This document shows, one piece after another, positions 29,606-39,512 of a stretch of DNA of 64,000 bases. The position numbers and the translations under genes were made by a program. Numbering within the stretch: the first letter of the stretch is position 1; each line of letters begins with the position of its first letter. The notes beneath the pieces are model-generated. The model did no database searches. It worked only from the letters and a program-made list of their open reading frames with translations, and had not been told where the DNA came from. Origin of the DNA: Candidatus Azotimanducaceae bacterium (GTDB taxonomy: Bacteria > Pseudomonadota > Gammaproteobacteria > Pseudomonadales > Azotimanducaceae); the NCBI GenBank assembly GCA_965261535.1, contig OZ253469.1:2924099-2988098 (forward strand). The letters run 5' to 3'.

Positions 29606-30530
29606 GCGCTAAACGCGGCGCGGGCCCTTTGGCGGCAAGGGCTGCTAAACACGCGGCGCTGGTGATGCGCTGATTATGGGTGTACCGTAACTCTCATGTT
29701 GGCGCCGTCGTATGACGGCATCGCCGGGGCCACCCGGAAGCCCAGGGCACGTCTTGGGCGCGTCGAAGCAATTCGGCGTAGACCGCAGCGCTGCGGCCAT
29801 TATCGGGGAAACCCGTAGTCCGGGAAGCCGGACGCGCCGAGGGGCAACCCAGGCGTCTGTCGGGGAACCCGGCCCGGGCGCGGAACACCGCGACCGACGT
29901 GCCACGCTGCGAGATTAGCGCAGCGGGCGGGGAGATGCACCGCCACAGGCACCGTGCGCCATGTCGCTGATTTCAGCAGCGATGGGGGCGTACCCGAGAC
30001 GGCAGACGGTCTCCGCGAACCTTTCCGATACCTCGCGGACGATCCGGCAACAGCCGGGCGTTTGAGCCGGACTGTCGTGGCGCGAAGATCGCGACGGCTG
30101 GGGTCTAGTCCACCCTGCCATTGCGGATCGCCGGACTGAAACAGTCTCGCGGTTCCGCGTGTCGCGAACGAAAGTCGCGCCGAAGAAGCTCGCGGCCGCT
30201 GCCGGAAGGCAAGCCGCAGCCGCCGCATTGGACGGCAACCGCAAGAAATGCATCGAGGGCTATTCGCAGTTGAATCTGCGCTCCGACGACCTGTTGAAGG
30301 CGTTGGATGGCCCATCAAAACTCACCAGGATCACCCTCCCCGGCCGCCGCCCGGCGGCCGCGGGCGGCGACTCCCGCGATCTCCCCGAACACGGCGGCGC
30401 ACCTCGCGCCAATTGCCCGTCCAGCGGCGTCCCGACCGTCCGCAACCTGTTGAAACCACTTGAGAAAAAATTAGCACGGTGCTTGACGCGCAGTCGTTGA
30501 CGGCGCTGGCCAGGCTGCTAGGTTGGACGG

Positions 30531-31397
30531 ATGCGGCAGTTGAACTACGACCTGAAGCGCCTGCAGGACGACGCCAACCACGGCTCGTTCGGCACCCGGA
30601 CCGGGCGCTCCTTCAATCTCGCCCGCATGGCGAACACCCTCCACGATCTCGGCTACCGGCGCCTGCGGGCGACGGGGCTGAAGGGCAAGCACGTCGAGGC
30701 GCTGGTGCGCGAGTGGAAGCGGAAGGGGCTCTCGATCGGCACCGTCAAGAACAGGATGAGCCACTTGCGCTGGTGGGCGAGGCGGATCGGCAAGCCGAAC
30801 GTGGTGCGCTCCGACAACGCGAGCTACGGGATCGGGGAGCGGAAACGCGTCACCAACGAGGACAGGAGCCGCGACCTGCCGGACGACAGGCTGGCGCTGG
30901 TGCGGGACGCACACGTCCGCATGGCGCTCCGGCTGCAGGAGGCGTTCGGGCTCAGGCGCGAGGAGGCGATCAAGTTCTCGCCGTCGTACGCGGACCGCGG
31001 TTCGAAGATCGTGCTGAAGGCGTCGTGGACCAAGGGCGGCCGGTCGCGGGAGATCCCGGTACTCCAGGAATCGCAGCGGCGGCTGCTCGACGAGGCGCGC
31101 GCCTTCGCCGGCGGCGGGGCCATGATCCCCGGTCACAGGAATTACAAACAGCAGCTCGAGGTCTACGAGAGACAGACGGCGGACGCCGGACTGAAGCGCA
31201 TGCATAGCCTGCGTCACGGTTTCGCCCAGAAGCGCTACGAGGAGATCACCGGCTGGAAGCCGCCGGCCGCGGGCGGGCCGCCGATGCGGAGCCTGAAGGG
31301 GGCGCGCAAGCGGATCGACCGGGACGCCCGGGCGACGATTTCAAGGGAGATGGGACATTCCAGAATTTCAATAGTGGAGATTTATTGTGGTGCATGA
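30531..31397 (+). CDS. tyrosine recombinase / integrase-domain protein (plasmid/ICE-type)
   Basis: 288 aa. Contains LRLQEAFGLRREEAIKF, ASWTKGGRSREIP, HSLRHGFAQKRY and ELGH-like MGHSR. Confidence 0.75.
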   Translation: MRQLNYDLKRLQDDANHGSFGTRTGRSFNLARMANTLHDLGYRRLRATGLKGKHVEALVREWKRKGLSIGTVKNRMSHLRWWARRIGKPNVVRSDNASYGIGERKRVTNEDRSRDLPDDRLALVRDAHVRMALRLQEAFGLRREEAIKFSPSYADRGSKIVLKASWTKGGRSREIPVLQESQRRLLDEARAFAGGGAMIPGHRNYKQQLEVYERQTADAGLKRMHSLRHGFAQKRYEEITGWKPPAAGGPPMRSLKGARKRIDRDARATISREMGHSRISIVEIYCGA

Positions 31398-31809
31398 AAG
31401 CCGTTCTGCGGGCGTCGACGTGGCGCTCATGATCGATTTCTGGAACCTGGTGCGCGGCGTCGAGAACGACGTCGACTGCGAGGCGCTGTACCGGTTCGCC
31501 GGGGAGCACGGCAGGGTCGCCGCGGCCAACGCCTACGCCGACTGGGGCGAGGACGAGGTGAACAGTTACCAGCCGGTGCTCCGCGGTCTCGGCGTCGAAC
31601 CGGTGCAAGTGTCGGTGCGGTCGGACAGGGCGCACGGGGTTGGCATCAGGATGGCCGTCGACGCGGTGGACCTGATGTGGTCGGAGCCGACGGTGGGCGT
31701 CTACGTGATCGTGGCGGCGGACACGGGGCTGTTCCCGGCCGTGAAGACGTTGCGGCAGCGCGGGAGGAAGGTCGTCGGCGTGTGGCCGGCGGGCGGCAGT
31801 CCGTTGTAG
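31387..31809 (+). CDS. NYN (LabA-like, PIN-related) domain protein
   Basis: 140 aa. VALMIDFWNL...AYADW...VDLM...YVIVAADTGLFPAVKTLRQRGRKV matches the NYN layout. Overlaps the integrase stop. Confidence 0.65.
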   Translation: MVHESRSAGVDVALMIDFWNLVRGVENDVDCEALYRFAGEHGRVAAANAYADWGEDEVNSYQPVLRGLGVEPVQVSVRSDRAHGVGIRMAVDAVDLMWSEPTVGVYVIVAADTGLFPAVKTLRQRGRKVVGVWPAGGSPL

Positions 31810-31860
31810 GCCGGGACGCGCGTTCGCGGACGGCCGCGCGCCCCGGCGGGAAAGGCGGGC

Positions 31861-32400
31861 TCAGTAGCGATGGAAGCGCCTACCGTTGTCGTAGATCGAC
31901 TTCGCCCATTCGCGCTCTTCGACCGGCTCGGGATCCGGCAGCGGACTCCAATACGCGGCGGAGGGTTGCGGCTTGGGGCGGGCGTTCCAGGGCGACCGGC
32001 CGCAGTCGAGATTGGAAGCCTTGTGGACGCGTTCCGGCTGCGCGGCGAACGCGTCGATGGCGGCGGCGTCGATGGCGTCCTGGCGCTTCTGCGCGCGCTC
32101 GATGTCCCGGTCTTCGCGGCACCGAGCACAAAGGAAGTCGCCTTCCAGCCTCTTGCGGTACGCGCAGCGCCGGCAGCCGCCTTCTGCCACCAGCGCGGCC
32201 CTGCGGCGCTTGCACGACTTTGCGCGCCTGATCCGGCAGGGCTCGCAGCTTTTCGCGTACTCGCCGTTGGCCTTGAGCGATGCTGGGCGACGGCAACGGG
32301 GCCGCACGCACCGAGGTGCCTTGCGGCGCATGACGGCGGGCGGAACGAAGCCATCGGGAAGCTTGCCGCTCCAGCTGGCGATGAGGGTTTCGAGGTCCAT
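31861..32400 (-). CDS. hypothetical Cys-rich (CxxC-rich) protein
   Basis: Start at MDLETL follows AGGAGA. Has several CxxC pairs (CEPCRIRRAKSC, CRRCAY, CARC). Confidence 0.45.
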   Translation of the reverse strand: MDLETLIASWSGKLPDGFVPPAVMRRKAPRCVRPRCRRPASLKANGEYAKSCEPCRIRRAKSCKRRRAALVAEGGCRRCAYRKRLEGDFLCARCREDRDIERAQKRQDAIDAAAIDAFAAQPERVHKASNLDCGRSPWNARPKPQPSAAYWSPLPDPEPVEEREWAKSIYDNGRRFHRY

Positions 32401-32933
32401 GTGGTTCTCCTGTTCAGACTCGCGACGCGGAGTGCGTCGGTGCCTGGACAGGCGGCACGCGCGCGCAGGCCGGTCACCTCGCGCCAGCGAGGTCGGAGCG
32501 CGCGGAGAACCCGCCCTGCGGGTTGACCGGCGGAGCACGCGTGACACGCTTGGCGCGCACGACGGACGACCGGACGTGTGGTTGGTGCGGGGCAGTGCGC
32601 GCCTGCCGCCCACGCGACCAGGACCGCGTGTTCGGAGAGACCGGCGGTCACGGATCGGAACGCCTGGTTGACGGCCCGGCGTCCCGCGCCGCATAGTCGT
32701 TGCCACGCATCAGCCGCGGAAACCCGCATGCCGGGTTGGCCGCTGAATACAACAGCCCCTCGTATGGGGTCGGGGTAGCTCCCCGCTCCGGGCGAACAGG
32801 CGGCACGTCAACCACGTTCTGCGTGCTGATGCGTATGGCCCGGCGCCCTTCGGCGGCGCAGCCGGGAGAGCGCGAGCGATGCCTGCCGCCCGGGTCCGCG
32901 GGCGCCGGATTTTGGGAGAACGGAGACGGACGA

Positions 32934-33263
32934 GTGAAGATACTCGACGACGGACCCGGCGACGCCGGCGCGCACGCGTTCGCGGTCGAACTGGAGACCG
33001 GCGAGGAGCCCGACGGGGCGCGGCTGCGGGAACTGTGGGAGTCGGCCCCGGAAAGCGCGGCCCATGGTGTCCCCCATGTGCTGGTGCGGTGCGATGGCGG
33101 CAAGGCCGAAACGGCCGACGTGCGGGAGGCGCTTGAGCAGTTCAACGCGAACCCCGACGACGGCTGGCGCTGGACCGCGGACGCGCTGGCCGCGTACCTG
33201 CTGCACGAGCTGTGCGGGATCGCGCTGCTCGACTGCCGCGAGCCGCCTTCCAGCGATGCGTGA
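32934..33263 (+). CDS. hypothetical acidic protein
   Basis: GTG at 32934 follows GGAGACGGA, within ORF 32700..33263. No family recognised. Confidence 0.3.
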   Translation: MKILDDGPGDAGAHAFAVELETGEEPDGARLRELWESAPESAAHGVPHVLVRCDGGKAETADVREALEQFNANPDDGWRWTADALAAYLLHELCGIALLDCREPPSSDA

Positions 33264-34252
33264 CGAAGCGGCCTCGCCGCCCGGAGGGCGGAAGCGATAG
33301 GGATCGCCACCCGCCAGGGCCGGGACCGCGTAGCGGGCCTGGTCGCCGAAGGCGAAAGAGCCCGGGCCGCTCCGCGGCATCGCCCACAATGGCCCGTAAA
33401 CGCCGCTGCGGCTGCTTTGCCGGAACCTTGCCAACCGCGACCCGGATCACACCACCGGTCCGCCCTGTGGTCGCCGACGATGCGTCAGGAGGGACGCTCG
33501 CCGAGGAGGCAGGGATCGGGCGGGTTGCGAGGACGATGCGGAACGGCGCGACATGGCCGCGCGATGCGGCGGGCCGGGGCTGCCCGCCCGCTCCCCGGCT
33601 CAAGCGTACTGCCGCCTTCGTCGCCTCAAGGGTGCGCGTCCGGCGCAGCCGGACGCCCTGGCGGCCCTTGACCCGACGCCGGCGGCGGGGGACGATTAGC
33701 GGCAGTTTGCGATGGCGCGGAAGGTGAACCGAGAGGTCGGACGGTTACCGAGTCTCGGCAGGAATGTCCAGCTCGGGATAGAGCGGGTTTGGGCGTCAGG
33801 CAGCGCCGGGAAGCCGCGAGAGGGGTCTTGGCATCGCGGATCGGGAAGGTGATCCGTAGTGGGATCGACTAGGTGCTAAGCACGTAGGTGATGGATATTT
33901 AAGGGATTTGTCAATGGTACGCCGCTATGTCGTATGGCGTTCTAGACCCTGCAGCTCGGGACGCGGTCTTGGGGGCGTCGCGGGACAAGGGTGAGGTGGA
34001 CGCCAGCGAACTTTGAGGAGGTGTGCGATACGCGCGCTGTTGAGTCAGGTCTGGACTTGGCTCTGAATCCGGCTCCGACGAGGACGGTGAGCGCGGTTTC
34101 GGCAATCATGGCCGAGTCGCTCGCTCGCGAACCGCGATTTGAGGGCTAGTGCGACCGGTCAGACGGTCAGAGGCGTCCTTCCGGAGTTTACGTCTGCGGG
34201 CCGCGCGGTCGTCGAGGGTTCAGCGATGCATGGCGAAGATGTCAAATGCCGA

Positions 34253-36187
34253 TTAGACGATTAAACGGCCCCCGTCATTACCCGCCCGACGAGGCCGGAT
34301 GGCGCGAAACGGAGCCGTATCGGCACCATTTGACGCACGAAAATCCGGTAGTGACGTGGCGCAACCCGGCTGAAGCGCCATGCGGATGCGGACTGCTAAG
34401 CACAAAGTTGTGGTGACGCATTGATGATGCGGCATTTCGGCAGTGTAGAGTGCGCGGCCATGTTGGTGTCGCTTCGGCGATGTGGTCGGGAGACACACCC
34501 GACGTGGTGAGTCACCATCGTCCGCGCAATCGCGGGCCGGCCAGACGACCCGGCAGATGGTGCTCGGACCTGACGCGCCGGGCAACCGGCGGGACGGGTC
34601 GGCGGCCTGGCAGCCGCGCGAGAGTGAGATGCGCGCACGACCGGGAACGACCCGGATCGAGGCGGCCAGGACGTGGCGCGAAGGCTCACGGTGGCTCGGT
34701 GGCGGAACACCTTGCCGTGGCGGATCCCGCCAACCGTGGAGCCCGGAACCTACTGACGGCTGGTATTCGGCCTGGCGGGTGTTGGTGCCCACACTTACGC
34801 CGATTTGCGGTATCCCCGTTACCGTCACACGCCGGGCGAACCACACGGTGACCTCGATCTGCTCGCCCAGGCCGTAGGCTGTCTCCGTCTCGGAAGTCAA
34901 CGCGAGCCTGACGATGTCCGGCGCGCCGGTTGCGGTGTCGTCGTTGTCGGCCAGCGTGACCGTCGTTGTGGGGAAGGTCGGACCAATGGTGACGCCGGCG
35001 GGCAACGGGTCGGCAACGCCGAGCACCACGGTCTCGCCGTCGTCGTCGGCTCCGTCGTCGATGGCTTCGACGCTGAAGGTCCGCACCCTATCGGTTGCGG
35101 CAAACCGGACAGTTGCGGGCACATCGTAGTCGAACCGCGAGGCGCCCGTGCTGCCGGTCGCGGTGAGGGAAATGTCGATCGGCCGCGTCGGCTCACCGCT
35201 CAGGCGCAGCGTCACGGTCGCCGCGCTCCCGGCCTCGGTCGCGGTGTACGTTTCGGCGTCGAAAGACACCGTGATTGCCGGGGCCTGGCGGTACTCGGCG
35301 ACGATCGGGCCGGTCTGGTTCTGGGTACGGACGGCATCGGCGGGGCCGTCGACATCGGTGGTGTGATCCTCGCCGGACGTCCCCATGGGGTCGCCGCCCG
35401 GGTCTGGATGGACTTGGTTCGGATTCGAAAACCGCAACAGTGGCGGACATCGGAAACCGGCTTGGGCGCACTCGTCGTCGTAGGCCATGATCGTGTGCCA
35501 ACGGGCGGAGGCCGGCGCGCCAGCCTCGAAGGCGCGCCGGTTGACGTAGCCAAACGCCCACGGAGACATCGGCATGGAGGTCCTTGAGTCGTGTTCGTAG
35601 TGCCTGTAGCGGTCGTGCCGAAGTCCCATGACGTGGCCCAATTCGTGGGCGAAAAAGAACCCGCCGCCATACAGGCCTACGATGGCAGAACCGGTATCGT
35701 CGGGATTGCCCGTAACGGAAGACACATCGACTGCGTCCCCCGTATCACGCTTGTTGATCAGTACGACAACATCCTCCGCGACCTGGTCACGTATGTGGTG
35801 AACCTCGTCCACGACTCCGTCCGACGGGTCCTGAAGCTCATCGATAGTGACAGTGTGGTCCGCCTCCCCGACCTCGGCTACCGCGGCCAACGAGACTCTG
35901 AGGTTGACATCTCCGTCGGCGTACGCCTGATTGGTCTCCGCCACCATGAGGTCGATCTCAGCCTCGATCCTGGCCGCACCCCTGGCAATCTCCCGGGCGC
36001 GGATCGAGTAGAAGACGGCGACGTCGATGACCGCGGGCTCCGTCGTCATTTGCGCGTGCGCGGTCGTCGTATGGCCCACGATGCACTGCACGAACACAAG
36101 CGACCGCACGCTGAGGGGAAGTCGATGCGTGCCGGCGGTTGAAAGACGCTGGCGACCGAGTGTCCGTGCGTCCATGAGCCGGTTCAC
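34253..36187 (-). CDS. reprolysin-like (M12B-type) zinc metallopeptidase with Calx-beta domains; C-terminus probably degraded
   Basis: Contains VIDVAVFYS..., HELGHVMGLRHD and Calx-beta-like segments (TVSFDAETYTATEAGSAATVTLRL, VTLADNDD). Beyond about 34745 the translation becomes low-complexity Arg/Pro-rich. Confidence 0.65.
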   Translation of the reverse strand: MNRLMDARTLGRQRLSTAGTHRLPLSVRSLVFVQCIVGHTTTAHAQMTTEPAVIDVAVFYSIRAREIARGAARIEAEIDLMVAETNQAYADGDVNLRVSLAAVAEVGEADHTVTIDELQDPSDGVVDEVHHIRDQVAEDVVVLINKRDTGDAVDVSSVTGNPDDTGSAIVGLYGGGFFFAHELGHVMGLRHDRYRHYEHDSRTSMPMSPWAFGYVNRRAFEAGAPASARWHTIMAYDDECAQAGFRCPPLLRFSNPNQVHPDPGGDPMGTSGEDHTTDVDGPADAVRTQNQTGPIVAEYRQAPAITVSFDAETYTATEAGSAATVTLRLSGEPTRPIDISLTATGSTGASRFDYDVPATVRFAATDRVRTFSVEAIDDGADDDGETVVLGVADPLPAGVTIGPTFPTTTVTLADNDDTATGAPDIVRLALTSETETAYGLGEQIEVTVWFARRVTVTGIPQIGVSVGTNTRQAEYQPSVGSGLHGWRDPPRQGVPPPSHREPSRHVLAASIRVVPGRARISLSRGCQAADPSRRLPGASGPSTICRVVWPARDCADDGDSPRRVCLPTTSPKRHQHGRALYTAEMPHHQCVTTTLCLAVRIRMALQPGCATSLPDFRASNGADTAPFRAIRPRRAGNDGGRLIV

Positions 36188-36206
36188 GAAGTCGCGCGGC
36201 CGGGCC

Positions 36207-36755
36207 CTACCGGCGGAGGTCGACCGCTGGCCGATTCTCTGCTTGCCCCGCTATATCAACCAAACAGTCGAACGGGCTCCTGGATTCGTCCACCTCTTCG
36301 ATGGAGACGACGCCTTTGCCCGCGGAACGAATCCGGTAGGTGCCAAAGACCGTGCGTACCGTGCCCGCCACCGTTTCGCCGTTGACCACCAGCGTGACGG
36401 TACCCGTCGGGTCTTCCACTATCTGCCCGGAGAGCGCGTACCCCCCGGAGAAAGTCGGCGCTCTGCGCTCGACGATACCTTCGAACAGAACATCGTCGAA
36501 GAGGTTCAGGGTCAGTCTGGCGGGGGTGGCGCTTCCGGCGGGGTCCGGGGCGAGCGCAAGTGCCGCAGGTGCGATCCTCGCCCGGCGGCTGCGAAGAACC
36601 ACTTCGTGCCCGGGTTGCGTCTGCCCAGCCAGCGACGCTGACGCCGGCTCCGTGGCGAGAAGGAGCGGAGTTCCGCTTGTCTGCGCTGCCATCGTCGTTG
36701 GCGATTGAAACGTGGCAAACGCCGCCAGTACGACGACCGCAGGAAACACGACCAC
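36207..36755 (-). CDS. secreted pro-region-like protein, probably the N-terminal part of the metallopeptidase gene
   Basis: Signal-like VVVFPAVVVLAAFATF, then LTLNLFDDVLFEGIVERR...YRIRSAGKGVVSIEEVDE, typical of the region preceding reprolysin-like catalytic domains. Its stop lies 20 nt from ORF 34253..36187, in another frame. Confidence 0.5.
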   Translation of the reverse strand: MVVFPAVVVLAAFATFQSPTTMAAQTSGTPLLLATEPASASLAGQTQPGHEVVLRSRRARIAPAALALAPDPAGSATPARLTLNLFDDVLFEGIVERRAPTFSGGYALSGQIVEDPTGTVTLVVNGETVAGTVRTVFGTYRIRSAGKGVVSIEEVDESRSPFDCLVDIAGQAENRPAVDLRR

Positions 36756-36815
36756 GCGGAGCTCAACTGATGCCGTCGCCGCTGAAGAGCAAGCTTCCGG
36801 GTCGCCTTCCGGCAA
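36755..36815 (-). repeat. about 60-nt conserved leader element, copy 1
   Basis: Near-identical to 47080..47142 (core GGAGCTCAACTGATGCCGTCGCCGCTGAAGA.GCAAGCTTCCGG on the + strand). On the minus strand both copies lie upstream of secreted-protein genes. Confidence 0.6.
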
Positions 36816-36967
36816 GGCTTGGAGTGGGTGTCCCGTTTGGCGTCCACTGCGCAATCGATCCGCCCCCAGCTCGCGCCCGTGGCATCCACGGTGCCTTTGC
36901 GATCGCCCCAGCGTCGGTCGCGATCCCGGGGAAGAGAGGAACGCGCTAGCGCGTCCGCGAGAGCAGC

Positions 36968-37696
36968 TCACTCTGCCGCGAAGATGGCGGGCAAAGGCGT
37001 GCTGGGTCGTGACATCTCACTGCGGGGACCGGAATGACTTGAACCTAGACACCATTCTGTGGATGCCGTCCCCCCGCCAGCAAGTACGAGGGCCGTCATG
37101 ACAGTGTCTGTCACACGAAACACGTTAAGCTGGAGCCTGCATTCGGCCAAGGCACAGATTGGCTCGCAGACCTGCATAGGAATGAACTGGCCAAGAACGC
37201 GAATGCCCGCGACGGCGGCAAGAACGCCGAGAACGACGGAGAGCAGGCTTGCTGATCTAACCTTGGAGCCCCGCAGCTTCGAGAGCCGATTCCACGTCTG
37301 CTCATCTGCGGAGTCCACTGCCTCTCGGCCTTGCCCGACATCCTCGACGAGCTCTTCCATGTACTGTCGGTCCGCGTCGGTCGGGACTCGGGTCGAGCCC
37401 TGAGCCCGCTCCCGCTCCTCAGCAAGGGCTGTCTCCGCTCTTGCCAACGTGGCCTCCGCGCGTGTCAGCGGACGCCGCACGCGGAGCTTCTCGGCGTCGA
37501 ATCGCGTGGACACGTAAACCTCGACCGCCCGTTCGATCACCAATGCAACCAAGATCAGGGTAAGAAACAACGCCCCGATGTCCTCAAGCGCGATCGCCGA
37601 GAACCGAATCTCGCTGAAGCCTAACGCGGCAGCAAGGACGGAGAGAGCGACTAACGCCGCACCGAGCCAGACGGCCAGCTTAGCTTCCACAGACAT
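36968..37696 (-). CDS. hypothetical membrane protein
   Basis: 242 aa with N-terminal and C-terminal hydrophobic helices flanking a charged helical segment. Confidence 0.5.
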   Translation of the reverse strand: MSVEAKLAVWLGAALVALSVLAAALGFSEIRFSAIALEDIGALFLTLILVALVIERAVEVYVSTRFDAEKLRVRRPLTRAEATLARAETALAEERERAQGSTRVPTDADRQYMEELVEDVGQGREAVDSADEQTWNRLSKLRGSKVRSASLLSVVLGVLAAVAGIRVLGQFIPMQVCEPICALAECRLQLNVFRVTDTVMTALVLAGGGTASTEWCLGSSHSGPRSEMSRPSTPLPAIFAAE

Positions 37697-37849
37697 GCGA
37701 AGTCTCCCTTTCTCGAAGAGATTCTAAGAACGCGCGCCGAGTGAGCCTGAGCATCGTGAGCCACCGCTTGCCTGAACCGAGCCACTGCTGGTATAGGGGC
37801 TTGCCCACTTGGGAGCGATTCCCGACACGGCTGCTATGGCACCGCCGGC

Positions 37850-38010
37850 GCGAACGTGACCTCGTGTACCGACAGCGCAAATGCCGGCGAAATCGACACC
37901 GCGTGCACCGGCTTCTCGTCCTCGACAGTCCAGACCCGAGACGCACCCCATGCGGAAACGGTAAGAGCCGGCGTCATCTCAAGGAGAGAAACAGGTCTCG
38001 ACCCCGTCAC
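37850..38010 (-). pseudogene. fragment of an FGE-sulfatase domain gene
   Basis: Nucleotide-level homology to 46175..46310. Translates in pieces to MGCVSGLDCR and EKPVHAVSISPAFALSVHEVTFA, with frame changes. Confidence 0.5.
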
Positions 38011-38011
38011 T

Positions 38012-39394
38012 TCAGTTCGGTACCACAACGGGCACGGCTTCCACCCGCCCGTGTTCAGGCTCTCCGACTTCTCTTACAACCCTGAATCCAACAGTCAGCC
38101 CGCTGTTTCGACGGTGAGGATCCTGAGACTGATCCAAGGGAATTGCCATCCCCCAACCCCGCGGATGCCAGTTCCCCAAAGCCACCGACGGGCACTCAAG
38201 GAGGCTCTCGTAGGCACCGCCCACGTCTCTTCCGACCCAGATAAAGTTCTTCGTCACCGCGCAAGAGTGGAGGATCTCTGAGATCGAGTTGAACGCCACC
38301 CCGACCTCGTTTGTCCAGCAATGCGCAGGCCCTGGATCGCATTGGGCCGCACCCACCCCGTCGCACTTCTGAAGGTCTCGGACGCAATCGGTCGGTATCG
38401 GCCGCGCGTGTCCGGGCCGGATCGCGCGCAGTTCGCTAGCGACCTGCGTTCCGATCCAAACGGCGTACTCCCACTCGGCCGCACCAGGGAGCCTGTAGCG
38501 ACGGCCTGTCTGCTGGCTGAGCCAGTGGGCGTACTCCTCGGTGTCGCGTACGGTGACACACACGACCGGATGTTCACTGGTCTGACGATACGCGTGCGAC
38601 TTCCAGATCATGCCCGAGTTTCTTCCTGACGCGAGAGGAGTGTGGCACCCGAAGCTGGAACGCCGTTCCGCCTCCGTCTTGTAGCGAGTCGCTTTGACGA
38701 ACGCTTCGAACTGACCAACCGTTGTCGCGTGCTTCGCAACCGCGAAGCTGGCAAGCTCGACGACTTCGCACTGTTGCGCGGTTCCTTCTTCGTTGTACCT
38801 CCCGCTGTTGTAGCAGAACTGCCCGCCGGGCAGATACACCAGTTTCGGCCCGATGCCGCCGTCTGACAGTTCGTCGCCAGGCAATTCGACCGACGCTTCA
38901 ATCTGCCTCTGCGCAATCGCCCGAGCTCGTTCTCGACGCATCGTCTCTTCCCGCTGTCTCTGCGCCTCGAGTTCAGCTTCCCTCCTCGCCTGTGCCGCTT
39001 TGTCTTCCAGCCGAATGGAGAGCCTAAGCGCGGCCCGATAGTGTTCTCCCCGGCGACCGGCCAACCGCAGATAGACGTTCACGGAGTCTACGGCCGCGTC
39101 CAAAATGCCCAACTCGTCGCACAACCTCGCATGCGCGTACCAGAGTGCTGGCGGAATCGATTCGGAGTCTGGATCCATCGCCCGCAGGGCATCGAACGCG
39201 GCCAGGGCTTTGGCATGCTGGCCGTCCTCGACGCGCAACTCGAACTCGGCAATGCGCCGGTCCAATGCCAGCGGGGATGCGGAGGATTCCCCGCCGACAT
39301 CGGCGGCGCCGGCTGCGAGCGCAACCATGGCGCAGGTCGCCGCGAAGCCGGTGCGAAGCACCCTTCGAGCCGATTTCGAGTTCCGTCTCAGCAC
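38012..39394 (-). CDS. FGE-sulfatase domain protein with the shared helical N-module (no cognate VR)
   Basis: GTG start at 39394 precedes a signal-like segment. The N-module (ALWYAHARLCDELG...YLRLAGRRGEHYRAALRL) parallels the DGR targets. Contains RYRLPGAAEWEYA. The C-terminus is unrelated to the TR. Confidence 0.7.
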   Translation of the reverse strand: MLRRNSKSARRVLRTGFAATCAMVALAAGAADVGGESSASPLALDRRIAEFELRVEDGQHAKALAAFDALRAMDPDSESIPPALWYAHARLCDELGILDAAVDSVNVYLRLAGRRGEHYRAALRLSIRLEDKAAQARREAELEAQRQREETMRRERARAIAQRQIEASVELPGDELSDGGIGPKLVYLPGGQFCYNSGRYNEEGTAQQCEVVELASFAVAKHATTVGQFEAFVKATRYKTEAERRSSFGCHTPLASGRNSGMIWKSHAYRQTSEHPVVCVTVRDTEEYAHWLSQQTGRRYRLPGAAEWEYAVWIGTQVASELRAIRPGHARPIPTDCVRDLQKCDGVGAAQCDPGPAHCWTNEVGVAFNSISEILHSCAVTKNFIWVGRDVGGAYESLLECPSVALGNWHPRGWGMAIPLDQSQDPHRRNSGLTVGFRVVREVGEPEHGRVEAVPVVVPN

Positions 39395-39512
39395 GCTTTG
39401 CCCGAACGTATCGTGTACTCCGTACGCTCGAGAACGACGGCTCACCCCCTTCCTACCACCCGCTGCCAGTAACGGAGGGCAACCGCTGGCATTCTGACCG
39501 GTGCAAGCCGAC

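Noticed and set aside
20276-29693. A 12-nt exact match GTACCGTAACTC at 20276..20287 (next to the P4-type integrase) and 29682..29693 (after the DGR). It could be attL/attR of a 9.4-kb DGR-carrying element.
   Set aside because: The flanks on both sides do not match. A single 12-mer match within 64 kb is expected by chance many times over. It is worth testing only if comparative data show an empty site.
30159-30500. ORF of 113 aa (VSRTKVAPKKLAAAAGRQAAAAALDGNRKKCIEGYSQLNLRSDDLLKAL...) upstream of the second integrase.
   Set aside because: The first half has plausible codon bias, but the second half is Pro/Arg/Gly-rich. There is no recognisable family or clear ribosome-binding site, so support is too weak for a feature.
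36755-36815. A sigma-54-type promoter (GG-N10-GC) within the 60-nt repeat (CCGGAAGCTTGCT).
   Set aside because: The spacing between the GG and the TTGC is too short for the -24/-12 consensus.
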